64,000 nucleotides of DNA from an uncultured virus (IMG/VR IMGVR_UViG_3300046780_000922) (taxonomy: Duplodnaviria; Heunggongvirae; Uroviricota; Caudoviricetes): IMG/VR virus record IMGVR_UViG_3300046780_000922, one strand, 5' to 3'. This document shows, in pieces, positions 56,673 to 64,000 of the stretch (position 1 is its first letter; each line of letters starts with the position of its first letter). The notes beneath the pieces were generated by a model, which saw only the letters and a list, made by a program, of their open reading frames with translations, was not told where the DNA came from and ran no database searches. Position numbers and translations under genes: made by a program.

Positions 56673-57103
56673 CAGAGTGCCGCCTTGAGAGCGAGCGCGC
56701 CCACGAGCACGATCGCACCGCCAATCACCCACGTCGCAGGCTTCTGGTACCAGGGCGTCAGCGCGCTGGCGTCGGGGCAAGAGAAGTTCGTCACGCCCGC
56801 CGCGAGCACGCGCTGTTGAAAGCCGGCCGGATCGGCCGCACAGACCTGCGCCATCAAGTTCTGCGTCGGCAGATCCGCATTGGTCGCCATCGCCATCTGC
56901 TGGACCATGCACTGACATTGGCCAGTCCCCATCGAGGTACCGGTCGGGACGATGGTGCCGCCGGGCGGGGGTACCATCGGCGGCATCGGAGGCGCCGCAA
57001 CGTTCGCCGCCGCGTCCCCGTACTGCGCGCTCATCGCCGACACGAGCGCACGGGCGGCTGTCATGTCCAGCCCGAGTCCCTGCACGCGACGCATGATGAG
57101 CAT
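56672..57103 (-). CDS. C-terminally anchored protein with VQGLG motif
   Basis: AGGAG RBS; MLIMRRVQGLG; C-terminal TM. Confidence 0.65.
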   Translation of the reverse strand: MLIMRRVQGLGLDMTAARALVSAMSAQYGDAAANVAAPPMPPMVPPPGGTIVPTGTSMGTGQCQCMVQQMAMATNADLPTQNLMAQVCAADPAGFQQRVLAAGVTNFSCPDASALTPWYQKPATWVIGGAIVLVGALALKAAL

Positions 57104-57141
57104 ATCGTTCTCCTACCAGGCACTTTCTGGAGCGTTCAGCT

Positions 57142-59091
57142 TTATCTGGTCGCCTTGTACAGGAGCAGACCGCCGAGACCGAGTCCGAGCGCACCCAGAA
57201 CCACCCAACCCGTGTAGTTGGCGGGCGGCTGAATCGGTGGTCCGGGCGTGAGCCCCGGACCGAACGAGGGGAGTGAACCAGGCGCGGCCGGCGTCGCCGT
57301 CGCTGCAACGTCGTGCCAGACCGAGACGGGGAGACCGGCCGAAGCGGCGGCCTGAATCGCCGTGGCGCGAGCCACGACCGCCTGCGTGTTCCCGTCGCTC
57401 GGATCGAAGTCACACGCAGCGTCAGTCGAGCTCTTGATCATGCGCATGACGGGCGGAGGGATGCAGGCGGCCTCCCAACCGAACGTGCCCGCAGCGAGCG
57501 CACCCGAGATCAACTTGGCCAGCGCTTCGACCAGCGCACCCACCGCAGCGATGATGGCGCCGACGACCGTACCGACGACGGGAATGGCTGCCGCGATCCC
57601 TGCGGCGAGCCCGAAGATCGGCGCGATGACTTCCGAGGCGTCCTGAAAGGCCTTCTCACTGAGCGCGTTGCGGAGCGCGGCGAGCGAAGCAGACGCGAGG
57701 TTGTGATACTGCTCGGGGATGATCGCGATCGCGTCGAGGTACGCCTGAAAGCCGTTCGCAACCATCGTCTCGAACGACGTGTTCACAACATCTTGCGCCC
57801 AAGCGATGCAGAGCTTGATCTGGAGCGCAGCCGAGGCCCACCAGAACTTCGTGGACACCGTGGCCATGGACGAGCGCACAGCCACACCGGAACCGCTGCG
57901 CGTCATCCGGGCCCGCGCGTAGAAGTTGCCTCGCTGAGGCACGAAGTCCGACGCGCCGAGCGTGGTCTGGTACCAGAGCTGCATCCGGCGCGAGATCGAA
58001 CTGTCGGCCGCCGAGACAACGACCCAGCTCGCCGGCCACGGAGCTCCGGTCGTAACGGCCTGTCCCATCGTGGCCATCTGCGCCGCGACATCCCGCGAAT
58101 CACCCATGCCGCGAGCCGGCGGGAGCGGATCGAAATCACCCCAGACCGTGTCCGTGTTGCAGGTGGTCGTGCCCGGGTAGGCGACGGCGGTCGCGGCCTT
58201 CTCCGGCGAACAGGCGAGCGTGCTCTTACGCGAGACCGGGACTGCGATCGCGCGATTGCTGCCGGGCCCGAGCGCGGGGAGACCACGAGCCGTGTCATCC
58301 AGAACGAACGGACCGACGGCCGGCTCGAGCAAGGACATGTTGACCGCCGTGCACGGCTCGAAGTCGGCCGCCACGCGCGGGAAGACAAAGGCGGCCTTGT
58401 AGTCGACGGCCATCACGCTCGGCTTGAAGAGATTGACGAGCAGCTGGTCTTTGAGCGGATAGAAGTCGTCGGCATTGACCCGCGAGGGGGCGGCCACACC
58501 GCGGAGATCGATCGAGGCGTGGTCCGCGAGCACCTGCTGGAGCACGGCCTGCGCGGCCGGCATGTCGTTGACGTCCGGCAAGTAGCCGGGATGGATGTTC
58601 GTGGCCCAGCGCGACATCGTCACGAGCTGCATGACCTGCCGGCACCAGTCGACCCACGCCGAGGCGTAACGGGGCTGGTTGTTGTCGACCGTCAAGCCCT
58701 GCTGGCCACCGGGCGTGGCCGCGAGCAGGTGCGCGAGCTGCGTCTGGCACCACAGATAGCGATCGGCCTGAAACATGACCTGGAGATAGGCCTGCGCGTC
58801 ACACGCGCGATCCACCTGGATGAATCGCCAGTTGCACATCGTGCCGCCTTCACCGGCCTGATTGCACGTCGTGAGATCGGGGTTACCAGTCGCAGCGCAG
58901 CGGGTGCCGTCGACCGGCCGGGCCTGCGCTGCGTACGCGCCATCACGCGCCCACATCGTGCTCGGCGCAACGCCGCTGATGTGCTCGAGGACGTCACTAC
59001 CGAGGTGAGTCGCGACGAACGACGACAGGCGCCCGGCCAGCTCTTGGGCCGTGGGCATGTAGAACGTCGTCTGCGGGCTCGTACCAGTCAC
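57142..59091 (-). CDS. large membrane-anchored putative virion protein (possible DNA delivery)
   Basis: 649 aa; internal hydrophobic hairpin AAIPVVGTVVGAII; C-terminal TM. Confidence 0.7.
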   Translation of the reverse strand: MTGTSPQTTFYMPTAQELAGRLSSFVATHLGSDVLEHISGVAPSTMWARDGAYAAQARPVDGTRCAATGNPDLTTCNQAGEGGTMCNWRFIQVDRACDAQAYLQVMFQADRYLWCQTQLAHLLAATPGGQQGLTVDNNQPRYASAWVDWCRQVMQLVTMSRWATNIHPGYLPDVNDMPAAQAVLQQVLADHASIDLRGVAAPSRVNADDFYPLKDQLLVNLFKPSVMAVDYKAAFVFPRVAADFEPCTAVNMSLLEPAVGPFVLDDTARGLPALGPGSNRAIAVPVSRKSTLACSPEKAATAVAYPGTTTCNTDTVWGDFDPLPPARGMGDSRDVAAQMATMGQAVTTGAPWPASWVVVSAADSSISRRMQLWYQTTLGASDFVPQRGNFYARARMTRSGSGVAVRSSMATVSTKFWWASAALQIKLCIAWAQDVVNTSFETMVANGFQAYLDAIAIIPEQYHNLASASLAALRNALSEKAFQDASEVIAPIFGLAAGIAAAIPVVGTVVGAIIAAVGALVEALAKLISGALAAGTFGWEAACIPPPVMRMIKSSTDAACDFDPSDGNTQAVVARATAIQAAASAGLPVSVWHDVAATATPAAPGSLPSFGPGLTPGPPIQPPANYTGWVVLGALGLGLGGLLLYKATR

Positions 59092-59095
59092 GGGA

Positions 59096-59317
59096 CTACC
59101 TACGCGCGGGCCGGTAGAAGTAGATCGAGGTCAGAAGACCGCCGATCAGCAGGCCCCCAACTGCACCCACGGCCATGCCGACCCAGAGATCAGTGAGCGG
59201 ACCGATGGCCGAACCCGGCTGCGTCTGACCGAGACGACGACCGAGACCAGACGCACGAAGCGCCTGATGCTCGAGCGCGTGCGCGATCAAAATCTGCTGA
59301 GGGACCTGCTGCGGCAT
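59096..59317 (-). CDS. small membrane protein with SGLG motif
   Basis: GGAGG RBS; C-terminal TM. Confidence 0.6.
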   Translation of the reverse strand: MPQQVPQQILIAHALEHQALRASGLGRRLGQTQPGSAIGPLTDLWVGMAVGAVGGLLIGGLLTSIYFYRPARR

Positions 59318-59325
59318 ACGCCCTC

Positions 59326-59880
59326 CTACTTCCGCAGTGCGAAGAAGACGCCGACCGCACCGAGCACGCCGATCGCCGCCAGCCCGCCGTAGAACACGCC
59401 GGGGCTAAGGCCGAGGATCATGTGCTGCGCCTGCATCTGCGCCTGCGCGGCCATCATCTGGGCCTGCGACTGTTGCTGCATCGTGAGCTGCTGGATCTGC
59501 GCCAGCGCTGCGGCCGTGGACTGCGCGGCCGGGTCGGACGAGATGACCTGCCCGGCAGCCTGCGCACGCGCGGCCGTGCATGCCGCGTTGAACGCGGTCG
59601 TGGCGGCCTGCACGCCCGTGCCGGCCTGCTGCCAGCCCTGGTCGTGCTGAGCCGCGAGCCCAGCACCGATACCGGCCGTCAGCGTCGAGATGAGCGCCGA
59701 TGCCGGATCGTTACACATCTCGGCCGCAGTGAGACCGAGATGTCCGCGCATCGAGTTGATCGACGTACCGCGCTGGCTGCGCCCCATGCCGGCAAGCACG
59801 AGCTCACCCAAGACGCGACCGGGCGGAGGCCGATACGCGCCAGCCACCGGCAGCCCCGAGAGAGTCATCACACGTGCCAT
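59326..59880 (-). CDS. C-terminally anchored protein with LAGMG motif
   Basis: AAGGAG RBS; Gln/Ala-rich; C-terminal TM + RK. Confidence 0.65.
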   Translation of the reverse strand: MARVMTLSGLPVAGAYRPPPGRVLGELVLAGMGRSQRGTSINSMRGHLGLTAAEMCNDPASALISTLTAGIGAGLAAQHDQGWQQAGTGVQAATTAFNAACTAARAQAAGQVISSDPAAQSTAAALAQIQQLTMQQQSQAQMMAAQAQMQAQHMILGLSPGVFYGGLAAIGVLGAVGVFFALRK

Positions 59881-59892
59881 CTTGATTGCTCC

Positions 59893-60483
59893 TTACCGAC
59901 GACGATGCTTGCGCCCGTGCTGGTAGTACCAGTAGAGCCCGCCTGCGGTGGCCACCGAGCCCACACCGAGCAGACCCCAGATCCACCAGTCGATGCCGAG
60001 CCAGCCCGTGGTTTGCGCGGACGGCATGAGCACCATGGACGGCGTGGGATGGAACGGCGCGAGCGCGCTCGCGCCCGGACCGGTCGAGATTGCGGCCGAC
60101 GCTGCCGCACGCTGAGCCGGCGTCGTGGCCCGCCCGGGCGAAGTCGCGGCGGCCTGCGCACCCGCGTACACGGCAGCTGCACGCTGTGCCGGTGCGGGAG
60201 TCTGCGGGGAGTAGGTCCCGTCGTACATCCGCGCGAAGCTGTAGAGCACCTGCTGGATCGGCGCCGGCATGTCGACCTGCGTGGCTCGCCGAACCGGGCT
60301 CATGAGGAGCCCGGCCGCGCCGATCAGATCGGGCGACTGCATCGCCACCCACCCGTCGAACGCGTTCTGCGTGTTCGGCCCCCAGAGCCCATCCAGCGTC
60401 CCAGGCGCGCTGATGTGGTTGGGGTCCTGCAAATGGGCGACCGTCAGCGCCTTCTGCACGTCCAAGGTGGAGATCATGGTCAT
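59893..60483 (-). CDS. peptidoglycan-binding-domain protein with C-terminal TM
   Basis: VQKAL...PGTLDGLWGPNTQNA (PG_binding_1-like); C-terminal TM + RKHRRR. Confidence 0.7.
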   Translation of the reverse strand: MTMISTLDVQKALTVAHLQDPNHISAPGTLDGLWGPNTQNAFDGWVAMQSPDLIGAAGLLMSPVRRATQVDMPAPIQQVLYSFARMYDGTYSPQTPAPAQRAAAVYAGAQAAATSPGRATTPAQRAAASAAISTGPGASALAPFHPTPSMVLMPSAQTTGWLGIDWWIWGLLGVGSVATAGGLYWYYQHGRKHRRR

Positions 60484-60495
60484 CGAACTATCTCC

Positions 60496-60804
60496 TCACT
60501 TGCAGGCGACGGTGATGCGCTTGCCCGTCTTGCTCTTGCGATGCGCTTCCTTCGGCAAGCGCGCGGCCACGCCCACCTCACAGAACGCATGATGACCGCG
60601 GATGCGACAGCCCTTGCGGATCTTGCCCTTCTTGCCGCCCGACTGGACGATCGCGCAGGCCTTGGGCACCTGCTTCTTGAGCGAGGCGCCGCTCGAGACG
60701 TGCGTCCACGTCTTGCCCTTGGCGCAAGACGGGCTCTTGCACGAGCCACTGATTCCTGCCCGGCGCATGACCGAACGAGCCTTCCGAGAATGACGCTTCG
60801 CCAT
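60496..60804 (-). CDS. small basic Cys-rich protein
   Basis: Start MAKRHSRK; very Lys/Arg-rich; GAGGA RBS. Confidence 0.6.
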   Translation of the reverse strand: MAKRHSRKARSVMRRAGISGSCKSPSCAKGKTWTHVSSGASLKKQVPKACAIVQSGGKKGKIRKGCRIRGHHAFCEVGVAARLPKEAHRKSKTGKRITVACK

Positions 60805-60812
60805 GACTTTCC

Positions 60813-61097
60813 TCAAACGATCTTCTGGTAGAGATCGATCAACACGCTTGCGAGGTGACCGCCTGCGAGAGGCGGGATGATTGGATCGCCGTCTTCTTCG
60901 TGGAGCGCGTCCATGTACTCCCACGCGCCCGGCTCGCTGAGCTTCCACTCGACGCGATGGCCCGCCTGGAACGCAGCCTCGTCAGCATCTCGAGCGATCT
61001 CGAGGTGTCCATAAAGCACGCGGCCGGACTCGTAGCGACCGGCGATATACGCCAGCGCGGAGAGATCCTGACGGTCCAGGTGAAGCGAGTAGGCCAC
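60813..61097 (-). CDS. hypothetical protein
   Basis: Coupled ORF. Confidence 0.5.
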   Translation of the reverse strand: MAYSLHLDRQDLSALAYIAGRYESGRVLYGHLEIARDADEAAFQAGHRVEWKLSEPGAWEYMDALHEEDGDPIIPPLAGGHLASVLIDLYQKIV

Positions 61098-61098
61098 A

Positions 61099-61656
61099 TC
61101 AACGACCCTTGCGCTTTCCGAACCCTTGCGCGATCGCCACGGGCACGGTGATGACCGGAAAGAGCCCGCCCATGAGCGCCCACCAGAGCGCCCAGCCGAC
61201 GGAGTTGTTGCGCTTGAAGCCGTGATAGGCGCCGAGGCCAGTACCGATCACGGAGGCCGAACCCCAAGCCGCTGCCGCGACCTTCTCTTGCCACGAGAGC
61301 GCCTTGGTGACGTCCGAGACCGGACCGAGCGAGGAGGGCGTCTGCAAAAGCTGCGAGACAGATGTAGGCCCACTTGCCGCATCATCGCCGAGCCCGATGA
61401 GGCCCGCGAGGCGCCCGAGCTGCGTGACGGGATTGAACTGCGCGAGCGGATAGGTCGGTGCACCCCCGCAGTCCTCGTAAGTGCCCTGCTCGCCGCAACC
61501 CTTCGCAGTCGCCCGCAAGAGGTTCTGCTGCACCTGTGGCGTCACCCCGAACTGTGGGAAGCGGTACTGAAAGACGTACTGCGGATGCGGGGCAAAGGGG
61601 CCCTTGCCGCCGGACTGGATCATCGGACGACCCGAGTATGTAGGATAGAGCGGCAT
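61099..61656 (-). CDS. membrane protein with LIGLGD motif
   Basis: AYHGFKRNNSVGWALWWALMGGLFPV; basic tail. Confidence 0.65.
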   Translation of the reverse strand: MPLYPTYSGRPMIQSGGKGPFAPHPQYVFQYRFPQFGVTPQVQQNLLRATAKGCGEQGTYEDCGGAPTYPLAQFNPVTQLGRLAGLIGLGDDAASGPTSVSQLLQTPSSLGPVSDVTKALSWQEKVAAAAWGSASVIGTGLGAYHGFKRNNSVGWALWWALMGGLFPVITVPVAIAQGFGKRKGR

Positions 61657-61868
61657 CACTTGATCCAAACGCGGCCGTTCTTGTACCAAGCCACCGTTTC
61701 GTACGGCTCACCAGGAACAACGTGCAGCACACGAGCACCATGTGGGCGACGTGATGCCTTCTTGGCAGCTGCTTTCGCAGCTGCTTCACTCACGAAGCAG
61801 CGCGGCGCCTGCGTGATCCCTCCGGCGTCCTTGGTGTATACGCAGAAACGCTTTCGCTTCTTTGCCAC
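61656..61868 (-). CDS. small basic protein
   Basis: KKRKRFCV...RCFVSEAAAKAAAKK; GAGGA RBS. Confidence 0.6.
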   Translation of the reverse strand: MAKKRKRFCVYTKDAGGITQAPRCFVSEAAAKAAAKKASRRPHGARVLHVVPGEPYETVAWYKNGRVWIK

Positions 61869-61874
61869 TGATCC

Positions 61875-62486
61875 TCACTTCTTCGGGAGCATGTACGCCG
61901 CATAGACGGCGTCCTGTGCACGGATCTCATCGATCGCAGAGAAGACCTGCGGGTACTCCCACGCCTGCCGCCAGCCGAGGGGATAAGACGGCTCGGGCGC
62001 GAAGTGATCGCCGAACGAGGGCAAGAGGCCCGGGGTGTACGGCGTGCTCGGATAGGGGAGGTTGCGGTAGAGCGGCGTGTACTTGCTCGGGTCGTCGAAG
62101 ACGCGCTGACGCATGATTTCGTCTGACAGCTCGCGACCGAGCTCGCTCATCTCCTGCCACTTGGGCATCTCCACCGTGCCGTGGATCTGACGCAGCGTGG
62201 CGCCCGAGGCGTCGAACGCCTGCGCGTAGGAGTCCGCCGCGCCGCTCCACTCCTGCCACGTCCAGCGGTCCATCTTCTTCCACTGCTGCTGCGCCATGTT
62301 GATCGGCAGCATGTACGCCAGCGGCAGATTCGCGGGGTCCTTCATCGCCTGGAGCGCGTTGACGACCGGCGCCTGCTCCACCGGATAGAGATGGCTACGC
62401 AACGCGTCGATCGGAGCGCGAGACATCACGGTCGGCAGGATGTACCTGCCGCCCGGTCCCCGCCCAAAGCTGCGACCGAAAGTCAC
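61875..62486 (-). CDS. hypothetical Pro/Tyr-rich protein
   Basis: Start uncertain (GTG 62486). Confidence 0.55.
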   Translation of the reverse strand: MTFGRSFGRGPGGRYILPTVMSRAPIDALRSHLYPVEQAPVVNALQAMKDPANLPLAYMLPINMAQQQWKKMDRWTWQEWSGAADSYAQAFDASGATLRQIHGTVEMPKWQEMSELGRELSDEIMRQRVFDDPSKYTPLYRNLPYPSTPYTPGLLPSFGDHFAPEPSYPLGWRQAWEYPQVFSAIDEIRAQDAVYAAYMLPKK

Positions 62487-62491
62487 GCTGA

Positions 62492-62845
62492 TCAGCCCTT
62501 CTTCTTGGCGAGCTTCTTCGCAGCCGTGAGCGCACGAGCACGAGTCCGGTACGCCTGAAAGCCACCGACCGTGCTGATCTTCCCACCGCAGGCCATCCGC
62601 ACCGTATACGCCCGCGCATCGTTCGAGCGCGGGCGCTTCTCCGAGGTCACGAAGAACGAACAGCGACAGGTCTTGCCCGGGATGACCTTGTCGATCACGC
62701 GGCTCCCGAAGAACCGCATCGAGCCCTTGTCGAAAAAGTGCGTGCTCACCGCGCTCTTCGAGGCATTCGCCTTGATCTGCGAGATCGACGTCACGCACTT
62801 GCGTGCACGACGCCGACGACGCGACCCACCGCCAGAGAGCGCCAT
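62492..62845 (-). CDS. basic phage protein
   Basis: LSGGGSRRRRR; HFFDKGSMRFFGSR...FFVTSE...YTVR pattern. Confidence 0.65.
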   Translation of the reverse strand: MALSGGGSRRRRRARKCVTSISQIKANASKSAVSTHFFDKGSMRFFGSRVIDKVIPGKTCRCSFFVTSEKRPRSNDARAYTVRMACGGKISTVGGFQAYRTRARALTAAKKLAKKKG

Positions 62846-62847
62846 GG

Positions 62848-63093
62848 CTACCGAGCCGCGCGAGCTGCCCGGCCGCGCTTGTAGATGAGCGCCGACTTGA
62901 CGCGATGGCCGGCCTTGCCGCTCACCGCCCGCATCAAGAAGAGATGTGCCGCCTTGGACGTCGCGAAGCACTTCGTGTGCGCCGAGCTCTTCTTGGTGCC
63001 CTTGCGGACGGTCACGCAAATCGGGCCACGCCCGTGCGCCTTCTTCCGACCGAGACCGCTGGTGTGACGACGCCTGCGCTTCTTGTGAGCCAT
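62848..63093 (-). CDS. small basic protein with SGLG motif
   Basis: AAGGAG RBS; MAHKKRRRRHTSGLGRKK. Confidence 0.65.
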   Translation of the reverse strand: MAHKKRRRRHTSGLGRKKAHGRGPICVTVRKGTKKSSAHTKCFATSKAAHLFLMRAVSGKAGHRVKSALIYKRGRAARAAR

Positions 63094-63161
63094 CGCGGAG
63101 TCTCCTTGGGCACTGGGCCCTCGAAGACTTCCTACCAGGCACGTTTCGAAGCGTTCAGGGA

Positions 63162-63782
63162 TTATTGGTCGAACATCGGGAAGTCGCGGAACGCGGCCGG
63201 GTTCGGAACGTGCCAGCCAGGAGGCTTCCCGGGAACCGTCATGTCGAGCGGGATGAACGTCTGCGGGTTGTCCTTGGGGCAACCTACGATCGGGAAGACA
63301 TGCTCCCACTGCTCGCCCTGCGTCGAGATCACGCGAGCGAAGCACTGCGTGAAGCCGAGCGCGCGAGCGATCGCACAAACGGCCACGGTCTGATCGTCGC
63401 AGTCGCCCGAACCGGAGAGAAGCGACACCTTGAGCGTGGCGAACGTGTCCGCCGAATCGGGATCGTAGACATAGCGCATGTTCTCTACGAGGAACGTCCA
63501 GATCGCGCCGAGCTCGCAAGCGTCATCCTGCTGCACGCAGACTTCCATCGGCGGCGCATGGAAGCGCTTGCCCCACGCTTCGACGACCGGAAGACGGCGG
63601 CCTGTGCGGGGATCCTCCACGTAATCGAACGTCCCCGAGACGATCTTGCGTGCGAGCATGATCGTCTCGGGGTCCTGGAGACTCTCGTCGACCTGGCGCT
63701 TCACCAGCGCCATGTGGCCGTCGAGGTCATCGGAGAGGAAGAAGCGCGCCTGAGTGACCTGGCCGCGGGCGGGTCTGGGCAT
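63162..63782 (-). CDS. transglutaminase-like (papain-fold) cysteine protease
   Basis: MRYVYDP, GDCDD (Cys), WEHVF (His), IPLDMT (Asp). Confidence 0.82.
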   Translation of the reverse strand: MPRPARGQVTQARFFLSDDLDGHMALVKRQVDESLQDPETIMLARKIVSGTFDYVEDPRTGRRLPVVEAWGKRFHAPPMEVCVQQDDACELGAIWTFLVENMRYVYDPDSADTFATLKVSLLSGSGDCDDQTVAVCAIARALGFTQCFARVISTQGEQWEHVFPIVGCPKDNPQTFIPLDMTVPGKPPGWHVPNPAAFRDFPMFDQ

Positions 63783-63789
63783 GGCCTAG

Positions 63790-63818
63790 AGGCTACGAGA
63801 CGTGGCTCGCAGCGTCAA
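63790..63818 (-). promoter_or_regulatory. putative promoter of the virion operon (leaderless start)
   Basis: TTGACG-N17-TAGCCT ending 7 nt before the ATG at 63782. Confidence 0.5.
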
Positions 63819-64000
63819 ACGGCTCGGGCATGGCCTCGGCTACCTGCACACGAACCTCACAACCGACACCCATCTCCATCGTCTCACGCATGCTCACCGC
63901 CCTTCAGAGCTTCTGAGCTAGCATGCCGGCGCGGAGCTGTAAATCATTGTCGTGCGATCGGCGGATGACCTTGAAGCCGTTCTCTTCGAGCATCGTGACC

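Overview
High-GC 64 kb segment of a bacterial dsDNA virus or provirus. A Myxococcota-like host is suggested only weakly, by lipoprotein and cytochrome genes. There are three blocks. (1) The + strand block (about 0.5-26.7 kb) covers replication and recombination: SNF2 helicase, RecD2 split in two genes, Cas4-like nuclease, AAA_24 ATPase, DUF669 SSB, UDG-PolA fusion, Nudix, GT2, sigma factor, putative lysis genes and a terminator-flanked di-haem cytochrome c gene. (2) A - strand accessory/early block (about 26.7-37.3 kb) starts at a near-consensus sigma70 promoter and includes a tyrosine recombinase, a TopoVI-A-like protein and DUF932. Its spacers hold two type II hammerhead ribozymes and three copies of an unrecognised covarying hairpin motif, with a fourth copy at 13.7 kb. 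(3) A - strand block (about 37.5-63.8 kb) looks like a virion module, but I recognise no terminase, portal, HK97 capsid or tail genes. It has three paralogous putative single jelly-roll proteins, two putative double jelly-roll proteins, many C-terminally membrane-anchored proteins, small basic Cys-rich proteins and a transglutaminase-like Cys-His-Asp enzyme. About 11 of these proteins share an xxG[LIM]G motif resembling the adenovirus protease cleavage site. The best hypothesis is a large tailless, membrane-containing virus with proteolytic maturation and ribozyme-processed early transcripts. All calls come from reading motifs by eye; no database searches were run.
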